Below are positions 38,791-50,740 of a DNA stretch of 64,000 nt, piece after piece. The notes beneath the pieces are model-generated. The model searched no databases. It saw nothing but the letters and a program-made list of their open reading frames with translations, and was not told the DNA's origin. The number at the start of each line of letters is the position of its first letter. Within the stretch, counting starts at the first letter, position 1. The position numbers were made by a program, and so were the translations under genes. This DNA comes from Raillietiella orientalis (Eukaryota), in NCBI GenBank assembly GCA_036172245.1, contig JAYWIR010000004.1, forward strand, positions 4,030,001-4,094,000, read 5' to 3'.

Positions 38791-41390
38791 ATGGTGCTCT
38801 GAAGAGAACTCAACGAGACCAAGTACGTTTCCTGTGCGTCCGGGCTGCGATATGATTGTATAACGATCCTTTGAAATTTGGTTGTACGATCATGAATGAT
38901 TGGTGTTGGTTAGCTAAACAAAGCCCTAAAAGCATTTAGTAAACGTACGCACTTTGATGAGAAACATCTAATTTCTTGATGTTCGTCGCAAACCATGTCC
39001 TTTACGTATTTTAGAAAGAAGAAAATTGTAACGAATAGAATTATATTTAGCAGACGCCTACTCATAATTTCATAGTGCACATTCTGAATGTGTATTACGT
39101 ATTGCACCCATATCTTTCATCACACAAATGAGAGTATGTATATTGCACGAAAAAAAAAAAAAAAATTCTTTGGGATGAGAAACAGATGACTATTGAGGTC
39201 AGCTTAGCTTTCGAATGGGATCCGGGAACCACACCACAGAAGAATTCCAGAGAAAAGCCTTCAATCTTGTTTCGATTTCCGAATACGGCCGCAAATTACT
39301 AATTACTGAGAGACGTAGGAAAGCACTGCTGTCACCTGAATTGGACAGCATTTTCCTATTGCTGCTCAATGCAAAAAGCTCTTCTCAACGCAAGCACGGG
39401 CAATACCATGGCCGAGGGCGGCAACGGGGAGGCGCGGCTTGACTGTGGCTAGTCGGAAACCTCGGTGCAAACTCCCGTTTCCAGGACTACGAATGGATTT
39501 CACAGCATTGTCCCGATCTCCCGTCTGAGGTCTGATCTGAGGTCTCCCATCGATAATAACCGAGTAATATTGGGGGCTTTGGGAGAAACGGAAATCTACT
39601 TGGTAGAAAAAAGTGGGAGGTAACCTACTCTTCGGAAAACGTAAATTCTTCTCTTCCCATTAAACGCAATAGGTTTTACAAATCAATTGGGGCAGAAGTG
39701 GACAATTTTTTTTTTTTTTTCCCGAACTCGAAGCTGATGACACGCCTGAAGTTATTTATTTTGGGTGCCTTTTACGAATGCTTGGGTTAGAATTTGATAT
39801 CCATGACTTGGGGAAAGGAAGACTAGAGTGTTTCTGAAGAATTTGGAAGAGTCAGCAATGAAACACAATTGTGGCGTGCAGTGCAAGGGGTAGATTCCCG
39901 CTTCCAGGATAGTGTTTTGTCATTATGCTATTAGAATTTTATTAAGTGTTTGGAAGGCAGCATCGTGTTAAGACGAATTCCTCTTTGCGGCCCTTGAAAT
40001 GTCAACAACTATTTCACATCTTAACCATTGATTGGGTAGGCTGTTGGACGTTCAAGTCTGATTTCACATTCTATTTGGCAATGGTCGTTTTTTTTTAATT
40101 ACATTGGGTGCACTAGATTTTTTACATTCATAAAGATTCTGTGATGGTGGATTCTTTGGGAACGGAATTCGGAAGAACAACTTCTGCATTAAACAAAAAT
40201 CACATGGATTTTAGTCATTTTACAAATTTTGCAAGCCTACCAGAATCAGATGTTTCATAGATGTTATTCAATACATGTGTTCCGATGGGAGACTGAGAAT
40301 GGAAGGACCTTATCCTCATCAAATATATCTTGATAAAATTTCTAATGTAATATAAATGTGAGTAATCTTTGGAAATATCAGCCTGCTTGAGTTCTTTAAT
40401 CTAACTATATTTAAAAACCAAGCCTTCCGAATTCGAACCATCGGGTAAAATCTTTTCGGACACAAAAGTTGTCCAGAAAACCAGGATTTCGAGACTAAAT
40501 TTGATATCTCCATCTGTTACTCAAAATCGTCTCGATATTTGGTCTCATGATTCAGCATAAGAGCAATGATTTTTGGCCAGCAACCATTTTAAAGAAAACG
40601 TGGTTCATCACAAAGATTTTTTTTTTTTTCTTTTAAATGCACTTGAAAGATTTAAAACTTGAATTGTGAGCAGATAGGAAGCACAGTATTCCAAAATGAA
40701 AGTATAATTCGAGGGATGAGTGACTACCGAAGGAATTTTGCCACTTTTGCTATTCCGAAAATTCATCGAATCGTTGCACACAAAAGCGAACGATGAATGG
40801 TTCATTCAAAATTGAGATATCGGAAATGTACTGACAACATTTAGGAGACTGGAAAGAGATAATGAGTACTTTAAATACTATCCAACGAAGTTCCATTTAA
40901 CGACTTTGTGGACTGCTAGTAAAGCATCTCGAAACGGTATATCAGGGTAGAATTCTCATCTTGAGAGACGGACAGCAACTTTGCATTAGCAAAAAATCAT
41001 TGCTACCTTACAAATTGTAATTTTCCCTTGAATTGCAGACAGTCCGAAAATGACGAGGCAATGAATCCAAACTTTTAAACAAATCCAAATAATAAAAGTA
41101 GGGTAAATCCACTCTTCGGGTGTAAGCTACTCCAAGTTTGGCGAAGATTCTTCGAAAACAAAATCCACAGCAAAGCCAGCTCTGCATTTAATTTCAAGTA
41201 TCAAAGAGAATTTATAGAAAAGTCACATCCATAAGAAGAAAGGAGTCACATCATCGAGTTTAGAAATACCCAGAGTCGTTATTACCACTTGATGTTTGGG
41301 GCGAATAATACGGCCCCAATAAAGTGGACGCTGAGAATCACTACGAACTTAGGACAGATATGGATTAATAAAAACCACAACTAATAACCG

Positions 41391-41467
41391 GGAGAGATCC
41401 TGAAGTGCAGGATCAAGAATAATGACTGTAGAGTCCTCATTCTTGATCCTGCACTTTAGGGTGATCC
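41391..41467 (+). ncRNA. Pre-miRNA-like hairpin
   Basis: cctgaagtgcaggatcaagaat (41399-41420) pairs with attcttgatcctgcactttagg (41439-41460) with one G:U; the 18-nt loop has extra gact/agtc pairing. Confidence 0.4.
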
Positions 41468-42274
41468 GTGGTGGGCAGAATCAGAAGCAATCTGTCAAGA
41501 ACGAAGCTTAGAACAATTGGAAAACGCAATTGTGCCAATTTTCAATTATTTAATGCCATTCCAACGGAGTCGAATTAGGTCTATGCTGCGTATCTTTGAG
41601 AAAATCCTTTACACATGATTGAGTTCTTCCCAGTTTTCGGGGGGGGGGAATCGAACTCAAGAATGCAACTTGTTGATAGGAAAAACGACGAGCTGCGAAT
41701 ATCGGTTTTTCCGAAAGGGCATCAAGATTGTGGATTTTTATTTCCTTCATGAATAAGACAAAACTGAGCTTGGGGGGATTGTGCTTCACCAATATACGAG
41801 TGCCATTTTATCCTCATAATCGATAAAAACTGACATTAAGTGATAAATCCTTCACAAGAAAAGTAATTGACCTTTGGGTATTGATAGATCAAAAAGCATC
41901 ATTTCAAATTTTGCATAAATGGAAGGCAATGCAATTTTCAAAAATACGATCCGCTGGATGCATTATGGCTGGGAATTCCCTGAATAAATTACACCAATGA
42001 TATTAAATCCATGTATTAAATTAAAGCTTATGTAAAACAATGGATTTGGCTTTACAGCACCACCAGGTTTCTCCACTAAACTCTGTTAATTCCAGTGACT
42101 GATTTTGCTATCATAAAACAGGATTCTCAGGGATGTCCACCTTCCCAACAAATAGTATATATGCTGAGATAGAGGTGAAGCAGAAGTTTACTAGGGTGCA
42201 AGGTTTTTTTTATCTCAAAAATGCCTGCAGAATAACTTCCATCATATGATACCCACTTTAAATAATACAAAATT

Positions 42275-44041
42275 TTACGCTGGTAAAAGGTCAAAATCAT
42301 TGCTAACATGCACCATAGGCACTAGCATATCATCAATATGAGGTGCCACTTTGCACTCCTGAAGATCTTTCACTTTCCACTCCCAGTCCATGCGCTGTAC
42401 TGCATGTAATGACTCTGCTTCATTGTGATGCCGTAGCAACATTTCTTCCTGATAATCATAACTCATATTTGATCACATATGTCATACACCAACCTTAATC
42501 TTCTCCCATTTATCATCAACATCTTGCAACCAAGACAAAAAAAGTCGGCCATTATAACGACTTCGGGCATGACGATCTTTTTCCTCTTGTTCAGGTGTGA
42601 TTGGATTGTATATTTCCTCATCTTTTAAAATAGCACACACAGAGAATGGAAGTGATTGATTGGCCAATGCTCGAGCAGCTCGACCATGTACCCTCAGAAT
42701 TTCCTGCTCCACAGCCAAAACTAGTTTTTCTTTCTCCACCAGATGCTATACAAGATACATAGATAATGTTTCATTTTTTGCCATCTACCTGCAGCCTAAG
42801 TTGATATCTTTCTTTTTCTTGCTCAGCAAAGAGATCTTTTAGTGAAGGAGGCAAAGACTGTGGCACAGGAATCATAGGTACTGAAAGCCTAGAAGCAGCA
42901 TTTCCTGCTAATACATAAGTGCAGCGATTCATCAAATAATCTTTAAATCCTTGTGGAGGCTTGGGTTGTACAGGTAAAAGATTCTGTCTTCTTTTAGCAA
43001 TCTGAAGAATGGTTATGTCCTAAACTGAAGTCATCCATCATCTACCTGCTTACGAATGTTGAAAAACATCTCATAGCCATTCACAAATGGCTGATCAAAA
43101 CCAGAAGTCAACATCGCTGAAGAAGGAGGAGGAGTGGCTGGGAAATCAGAATCTTTTTTAAGCTTCCTTTTTCTTGGATGAATTTCTTCCATTTTCATTT
43201 CTTCAGATTTTGCAGCCACTAAATTATTAATTCCATGGCAGCCAATAACAGATGTCAAATTATTTGCTGCAGTACTCATCCCAGCATCTTCTTGGATTTC
43301 CTCTTGATCTCCTAGCAAGAGAGGACTTGAAGATTTTTGGGAATTCCTTGTAATTCTTTGAGATTTTTCTTCAGTTATATTTAGCAAACTGCCTGTAGAA
43401 AAGTGGGATTCTTTGGTTGTTTTGTCTTCCAATTTGTAAGAACATACTCCATCTGGGACACCAACAGCCAATTCTTCTATGGATGCAGAGACAACATAAG
43501 GAAAACCATGGTGCCTGGTAGTGGTGCTCTTTCCATTTTTGAACTGTTGTTCATTCTCCCCAGCTGTAGGAATGACGATTTTCAAAGGGGGAACTTTAAG
43601 AATTTCACTTTTTTGCTTTTCGATGTCATCCATATCAGTCACCTCACTTGGTAGGTCTACATTCTTGGAGGATCTTGAATTGACAGCATTATTGTTACTT
43701 TGTCGGTGTGTTTGATACTTAGATCCTACTGATCTTTTTCCATCTAAGAGAAAACAACGACTTTGAGAAGTTTTCCCCCTCTCTCTCAAAGTGTCTTTGC
43801 CCCCATCATCTTTTTTTTTTTTTTTCTTGATTTCATCCTCTTCCAGGTCAGCAGCACCTCTTTTAGGTGCAGTGGCTGCTGTTATGTTGGAAGCTACATT
43901 TTCTGAATCATTATTTTTTATGCCAGAAATTCCTTGCTCAGTTTGTGGTTCTTGTTGTGATGGGGTATCGCTATATTTATCGTTTGCACTATCATTCCTA
44001 AATTCTTCATGACAATCAGGATTACTTTCACGATTAGCCAT
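42275..44041 (-). CDS. ANKRD11/ANKRD12-like chromatin co-regulator (C-terminal domain), ~544 aa; exons 44041-43046, 43001-42789, 42745-42494, 42448-42275
   Basis: [91 protein letters not shown] and HNEAESLHAVQRMDWEWK match the conserved ANKRD11/12 C-terminus. Introns are 44, 43 and 45 nt. Confidence 0.88.
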
Positions 44042-47000
44042 GGATCATTGGTTTTCGTGTCTGAACAGAAGCATAGTGCACTGCAAGCATTGAATCATAT
44101 TAATTCTTGATCTGACAATAATCACAAATTACTGCAGTTGTACAAAGAAGTAACTAAATAACTATCAAACTGCACTGTTTCATTTCATTTGAGCCTTGAC
44201 TCAAAGACATACTTTAACTTATCTAGTAAACTTATTTGCAGTTACTTAATCATCGTAGCATCCACAGTATATCAAAGCAATTATGGCTAAAACAGAAGTT
44301 TCATTTTGATTATACCCTCTTTATGAAATGATTCCAACATTTTTCAATTTCTACTGTAATCATGGCACTCAAAACAAAAACCTCCATGCTAAAAGCCTAA
44401 TTAATAGATCCAGAATTTCTGGTTACATTGTATTCTGAAAGTACAATCACAGAAACTATACTCCAATAATTTGGTAGCTTTTTGCACATATTTCGCAGGT
44501 AAAGGTAATTTCAGTCATATCTTATCTTCTTAGACATATATGCAAATTTCGAAACAACAGAAATCCGCTTATTAAAAATATTCTGGTCCTATTTCACTGC
44601 TTACTCTATTTACAAACATTTTCGTTTTGAAGGCGTTTTCTTGCCATGACCACCAACTGCAAATATTAGGTTTTCTTATGCTTGTAGCAAGACAAAATTT
44701 AGCATTTAATTTTACTTCCGTAAAATCCTGTCCTAAGAAACTGATAAACTAATCGACTACAGCATTCGATCTTTGGGGTACAAATCATCATCAATTTAGC
44801 GCATTCTGTGTTGTGTATTCTCAACTTTTAAATGGATAAAACTTTCAATACTTTAACATTCATCGGTCATACGCTTCATCTCCTGCCAATAGTTTCAATA
44901 TGGAAATGGATTATTGATAAATGGGGGGGGTTACTTGCATGCTACATACGAAAAAAATGCTACATCATGGTAGCCAGTGCGAGAATCACTGCTACTCCAT
45001 CCACCGATACGTCGGTCAACAATGGCCAGAGGCATTTTGCCAGGTAGTTATTAGATTTCCAGGACATCCTTATATATTAGTTGTTTTATAAAATTGTTTT
45101 TAAAAAAAATTATTGAAATTTTTTGCAAAATAAATTTTTGCCCTTCAGAGTTCTGACTAGTGTTTTGCAGTTTACGTTAACTAAACTTCATTTCATGTCT
45201 AATTCTCACAGCTGATTAATTGTAATGAAAGTTTCAAACTTTTTCAAAAGGCTGAGAAGTTTCGTAGATGTACAACACAAATGTACAAAACAACCTACAT
45301 AGAGAAAAATATCGATTTTGATCACCGAACGCAAATAACTGATGTAATAAGGTAGCAATAAAAACAGAAAAATATCAAGGCAATTTATAACTAAACAGAA
45401 AAGACTCATACTTGAAGAAAGCTTTGACAAAATTCAACATACCTACTCATTGCAAAGTCAAAACAAGGTATTCATTATTACACAGTTGCATTTTCTTCCA
45501 GACGCTGCTAAAATGTTTTGTTTCCATAATGCGTTTATTTAAGCACTGCATAAAGGGGGATTTCCACTGGGTTAACTGAACTCAACTGGTAAGCTCCAAA
45601 TGTATCTCTAATATCATTACAATTCAACTTCAGAGAGATCGGAGTATATGACATTTGAATCAGCTGTAACATACACAGGTTTCCCCGATTTAAAGTGCGG
45701 TTAAGAGATGGAACTTTTCCAAGCAACATGAAATAAAAATACTTATATGCACATCATTCCGATTACCCAGACATAATTCGAAGAAGCAATATAGTTTATG
45801 AGTTTCTAATCATTCTCCAGATCCAAAGGAGTGAGGAGAAAAAAAATCCTGCCCACATAAAATAAGCGACGTTTTTGAATTAGTCTCAAGTCCATGGTAA
45901 CGCACATAATACCTCATCTGCCACTGCTCCAAAAAACCTGATGTTCAGAAAACCAAGAGTGTTAGCATTTCTGTTAATGATAAATTGCATCCTGATATCT
46001 TAGAGAGCAAAAATGTCAAGTAAAGGCATGGAGCTTGAGCATCAACGAAGGAAGGAAGGTATTGCTTTCATACATATTACTTTTTTTGTTTGCTGTGACA
46101 TGTCTTGGATATATCCTGTTCGTTAACACTGTAGGGTTCCAAACTGTGCTATTCAATAAATGCTTTTGAGTTTCTATTAAATGCATAATGTGCTGCGAAG
46201 CCATTCAGTCTATTGAGATTTTCAATATTTCCAAGTTGTCCGTACTTTCTTCGAAAAAAATTTTGGAAAATATTCCAGGATTTACGATATTTTCAATTAA
46301 GTTCTTTAGCTGGAAGGTATGATTAAGTTGTAAACAGTCTAGATTATCATACTTTTGCCTCGCATTCACATAATTAGTGGCTTTGGCTGTTCCCAGAACT
46401 GAATCTCCAGCAATACTATGTGCTTAAAGATTTTTTTCCCTTCATGTTAAAAATAAGAAACACACCTTCTGTCTTCTTTCTTGGTCCTTTGAGCTCAGCA
46501 CTCGAATCAGATAGTGATACTTTAGATTGTCTTGTGTACTTCAATTACCTGATCAACATTTGAAAACCATTTTGAAAAGCTTCGTTTCCGGAATCTTTTT
46601 CCGAGTCTTAGGAGGAGTTTGCCATATGTATCACAACTCGAAATAAGTAAATTACTATAGTATAATGAATTATGAGTGTTGAGAACTGATTAAAAATCGC
46701 AATATTTAGTGATCCCCAAAGTCAAGAAGCTAATGTGTCTCACGGCTTTTGGGAGAAGACGCTGTTCATATTTTAAGTAAAACAGAAAACACTGTTTTCA
46801 ATAAGATTGCAACCTGTGTCCTAGGACATCCTGCAGAATGAAGATCCCAAGGCAAGGTGCTGACCTTGAAGAACTAGGACACAGTTCGGAGCACGTTGTT
46901 GAAAATTTCAAAATAAGTGAAAAATAAGTGATAAGGGGTTTCACTACCTTCAGTATTCGTAGCTTCAGTCTAGCTTTTTGTTTTCTATCTTTCTTTCTAA

Positions 47001-47350
47001 ATTTGAATTTATTACTTCATATTTAGGGTTAATAAAGTTAGTTCATTAAGAATTTAGATAGGGAGAACCCCAAGAAACAAAGATAACGTTCCTTGATTGA
47101 ATTCCTTCCTTGAATAGAAATTCGTGTGCTTTCAACTTTGACATTCGTAGCAATTCTGTTACCGACATTCCCATAAAGTGAATACGAATCCTTTAGGATT
47201 TGGCAACAGCAGCAGAAATGACCGGGCGAATGCTCAAATAAGAATGAGGATCATGGTTTTTTAACTCTTGAACAGTCATTTGTGGCTCAATACATAATTC
47301 GTAATGATCCTAATAAATGCAAGTATGAAGATAAAGGAAACCCACCTGCA

Positions 47351-47372
47351 TGTGTGTGTGTGTGTGTGTGTG
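47351..47372. repeat. (TG)11 microsatellite
   Basis: Directly visible. Confidence 0.9.
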
Positions 47373-48599
47373 TTTAACCCTTACCGATAAGCACATGCAA
47401 GTTTTCATTGATGTTTCTATGGTTATTGTCGATCTCCATGATCAAGCATCGATCTCTAAGTATTCACAAAGGGACCAGTTTTGTTTTATATGTGCATTTC
47501 CAGAGAGCTTTGCATAAGAGTAATGTAGATGTGATATTTTACGAGTTAAATAAAACAAGCTGTAAGAAATGGAGGGCATTTTTTTTTTTGAAAAAGTGGC
47601 AGCAAAAGAGAATCACCAGAAAAGAATCTAACTACATGGAATACTGTACTACATGGAATTGACAACTGACCAAAGGCAGACCATGGTGATGAAGATACAA
47701 TTTTAGAACTTTTAAACTACAGGTTTCATGTTACATAAACACCGATGCTGAAAGTCTGGCAGAATATGGAACGTTGGCATTTCAAATACTGGGTTTAACT
47801 CCCGAGTCGGCTCTCTTTTTCCACAAGAAAATTTGTAATCATTTTTCTGGATTTCTAAAACTGGTATGGTTGTTGCATTTTCAATTAATGAACCTTCGTC
47901 TCTAATCACTGAGCAACTTTAGCTGATGATTTGCCACTCGAACCAATCGATCCAGCAATGGGGCACGAAAGGCTGAACTAATGTGGGGAAAGGGAGCTTT
48001 TGATACACAAAATGGTAGATGTTTCTTCAAAATAACCCAAACTATCTCCAGAAAATGGCAACCATTTCCGCACCTGAATTACCTATTGTTCTCGTTCAAA
48101 CGAAGAATAATAAATACAAGTGATGACAGAAAGGATTAAAAAAAAAAAAAGGATCAGCATGGAAGATGTGAACACCAACATATTTCCTATTTGAGAATGA
48201 AAAAAATCTCAAGGAATCTCATTTTTGCAGATTTATTTTCTGATAATTCGCGCACTTTGCGGTTGAAAGCCGAGGGTTTTGGATTCCTTCTGCTGTTGTC
48301 CATTCAAAAGCAACGTCCGATCTCCAATAAATTAATGTTGCAGGTCGGGTCAACTTGACCGAATGGGCACACAAAGTGGCAACACTCCTCTGGAGCATTA
48401 CATTGGACCGGGCAAAAGCGCCGGTCTTTCAGATTGCTTTATGGATTGCTGCCATGTCTTTTCTACTGAATGAAAGTGGAGAGTAACGAACTACAAGGCA
48501 GAGCTGCATCTGCGTGCTGCTTTTTCTAAAGACAGCAGACAAGCATACGTATTTCTTTACGTATGCTTGTATGCTTGTATTTCTTTACAACGAATCTGT

Positions 48600-49420
48600 G
48601 GATCGCATCGAGACCAATTCACTCACGAGAAGATCGAACATCCGCCCCCGAATTTATTGCAGAAACAATTGCTAGGCAACGTTACAGCTTTGAACATTTC
48701 CGTGAATATGTAGAAACGTCGAGAACTGTTCAAGGAACTCAAAGATGCAGTACAAGGGAAGCCGATCAATTGGTGAACCTGTACTCGACAGATACAAGAC
48801 TGCACCGACTGTTCAAGTTTGTGTCGAATACCCTAGTAACCTTATCTTGAGTTTTCGTTTAGCGAGAAACTGTCATATATGATCGAATATGCTTATCATG
48901 CGGAAAAGTATGGGATTCAACATCAAACTCAAACACATGACAAAAAATGACAAAAAATCAGGTGTCAATGAAGAATGTTTCATTGGAATTGGTATTTTAC
49001 TCGGGTGTTGAGGTGATACAGCAGATACACATTGCAGATGTCCATTTCCTTATCATACTACAGAATTCACCGATGTTTGATCATTTATTAAGATCGTTTA
49101 GTCAGTCACTTGATGCCGGAAGAATGCATTAGATTCTGGAACTTAAGACGACCTCTTTTAGAAGTACACACATGGAACCGCTGCAGGGGATTTTATTACG
49201 TAGCAACAAATAATTCGAAGATGCTCTATAAAAAATCGAATGAGAAAGGTTAGTGTTGGAGTTATATCTATAATTTCCTTCTAAAAGAAGACTCTCTCGT
49301 TCAGTCAACACAGAACTTGGTAATTGTCAATCAACTTTCCATTATGCAAATAACCCCAAAACTTTGGAGCGCATGGCATCTGGGACCATTCGTGGTCGTA
49401 GAATGGCTGAAGTTTATACA
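48600..49420 (+). mobile_element. Possible degenerate Ty3/gypsy integrase relic
   Basis: Ordered remnants AETIAR, RETVIYDR (cf. PE.I.SD.G), KYGIQHQT and PKLWSAWHLGPFVVVE (GPF/Y module). Confidence 0.35.
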
Positions 49421-50480
49421 AAGAAATGGAACGATATGGAATTTAAACAGTGTTCAAAGACTTGCAGAAGAATCTTGGTTTACGAGTGTGGAGGTGCATT
49501 GCTGTGGAATGTGGCTATATGCAAAATACTAAGGGCTTTCATTTTTAAATGGAAACACCTCTGCTACACGTTAGCAACCCTTAATAATAGCCTTTAGTAT
49601 CTCATAAGCGGCTTCGTCTTTGACAGGGCAAATAAAGTTGCGTGTGAGAATGAATTCATAATCCAGTAATGAGAAGGTCAAAACTGAGTATTTGAAATTA
49701 AGCCCGTGCTCGGCAACTTTCAGTAACGGGATATGCTAAAATTACAATGCAACTTGATCAACTAAAAGCATCACTCCCAAGGAGGCATCGGATTCGTATC
49801 GAAAAAAGGATACAACTCATGTAATTCAATCACGAGACCGAGAATCTATGCAACTTTGAGAACACCCAGAGAGAGAATGCCAACGTCGGAGTACCACAAT
49901 GCTAAAAACTTCGACGTACAACGCTAGAAACAAACTTCATTTAAGTTGAAGACGTTTCCGTGATCGTTTTACCAGATGCGGCTCTTTACAGCTGGAGTTG
50001 ATGAATTTATGATCCGAATTTATTTGAAATCATGATTTTTTTCGTAGTATCTACTTCTGTATTCAATGACTCCTGACCTTTAAAAATCATTAAATCCAAG
50101 AAGACACGAACTGAACATTGGATTTGGTTTGGTAGAACATCCTTCTGCTAGCAGTTTTCTTAGAAGCTGAATTAAGTGACAATCATCTGAGGGCTTGTTT
50201 AACTGATGTATAACTATCAAGCTCATTTTCGATCGACATCATCGGCACCACCCTTTCTTCCATCTAGCTAAGGGAAAGAGAGTTCTCTTTCCCTACCTTC
50301 CAAGAAGACAGTTTCACCTCTGGTTGAACAAAATCCTGTACTCAAACGTATGTGCAATGCTTGGTGCTCAGTCGTCAGTTCTTACGAATGAAACTGTTCC
50401 TTCATTTAACGTTAGGAGGATAAAAATGGTCAGGGAAATCCTGTTCTCGAAATTTATAGCAGTATAAGAAAAAAGCTAGC

Positions 50481-50740
50481 ATGGAACTCTTATTTACTTG
50501 TTACCTTCTGTAAGGTCCATTTGTTTTGCAATGCCCAATTAAAAAGAACAATAAATGATGTCTATGTTTATTTATTTTTTCCTTTATTTATAAAGGTTTG
50601 CAGCTGCCACCTGCGGGGGGCACTGCGGGGAAAGTCCTGCTTGCAAAGACCATTGGTGCTTCGCTCCCAATTCGCACGAGTCGGAAAATTGCGTGAAGCC
50701 TCCGACGAAAACCCTGAAACCACTGCCGGTTCACCGTTAG
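50481..50740 (+). CDS. Candidate small secreted Cys-rich peptide (57 aa); exons 50481-50509 and 50596-50740
   Basis: Donor CT|gtaagg and pyrimidine-rich acceptor ...tttataaag|G join to give MELLFTCYLLFAAATCGGHCGESPACKDHWCFAPNSHESENCVKPPTKTLKPLPVHR*. No homology recognised. Confidence 0.38.

Noticed and set aside
45405..45445. ESFDKIQH, similar to the L1 RT motif EKAFDKIQH
   Set aside because: Isolated motif; other RT motifs could not be found in order.
47755..47812. A-box/B-box-like pair suggesting a tRNA-derived SINE head
   Set aside because: Imperfect B-box, short spacing, and no second copy, tail or TSD in the window.
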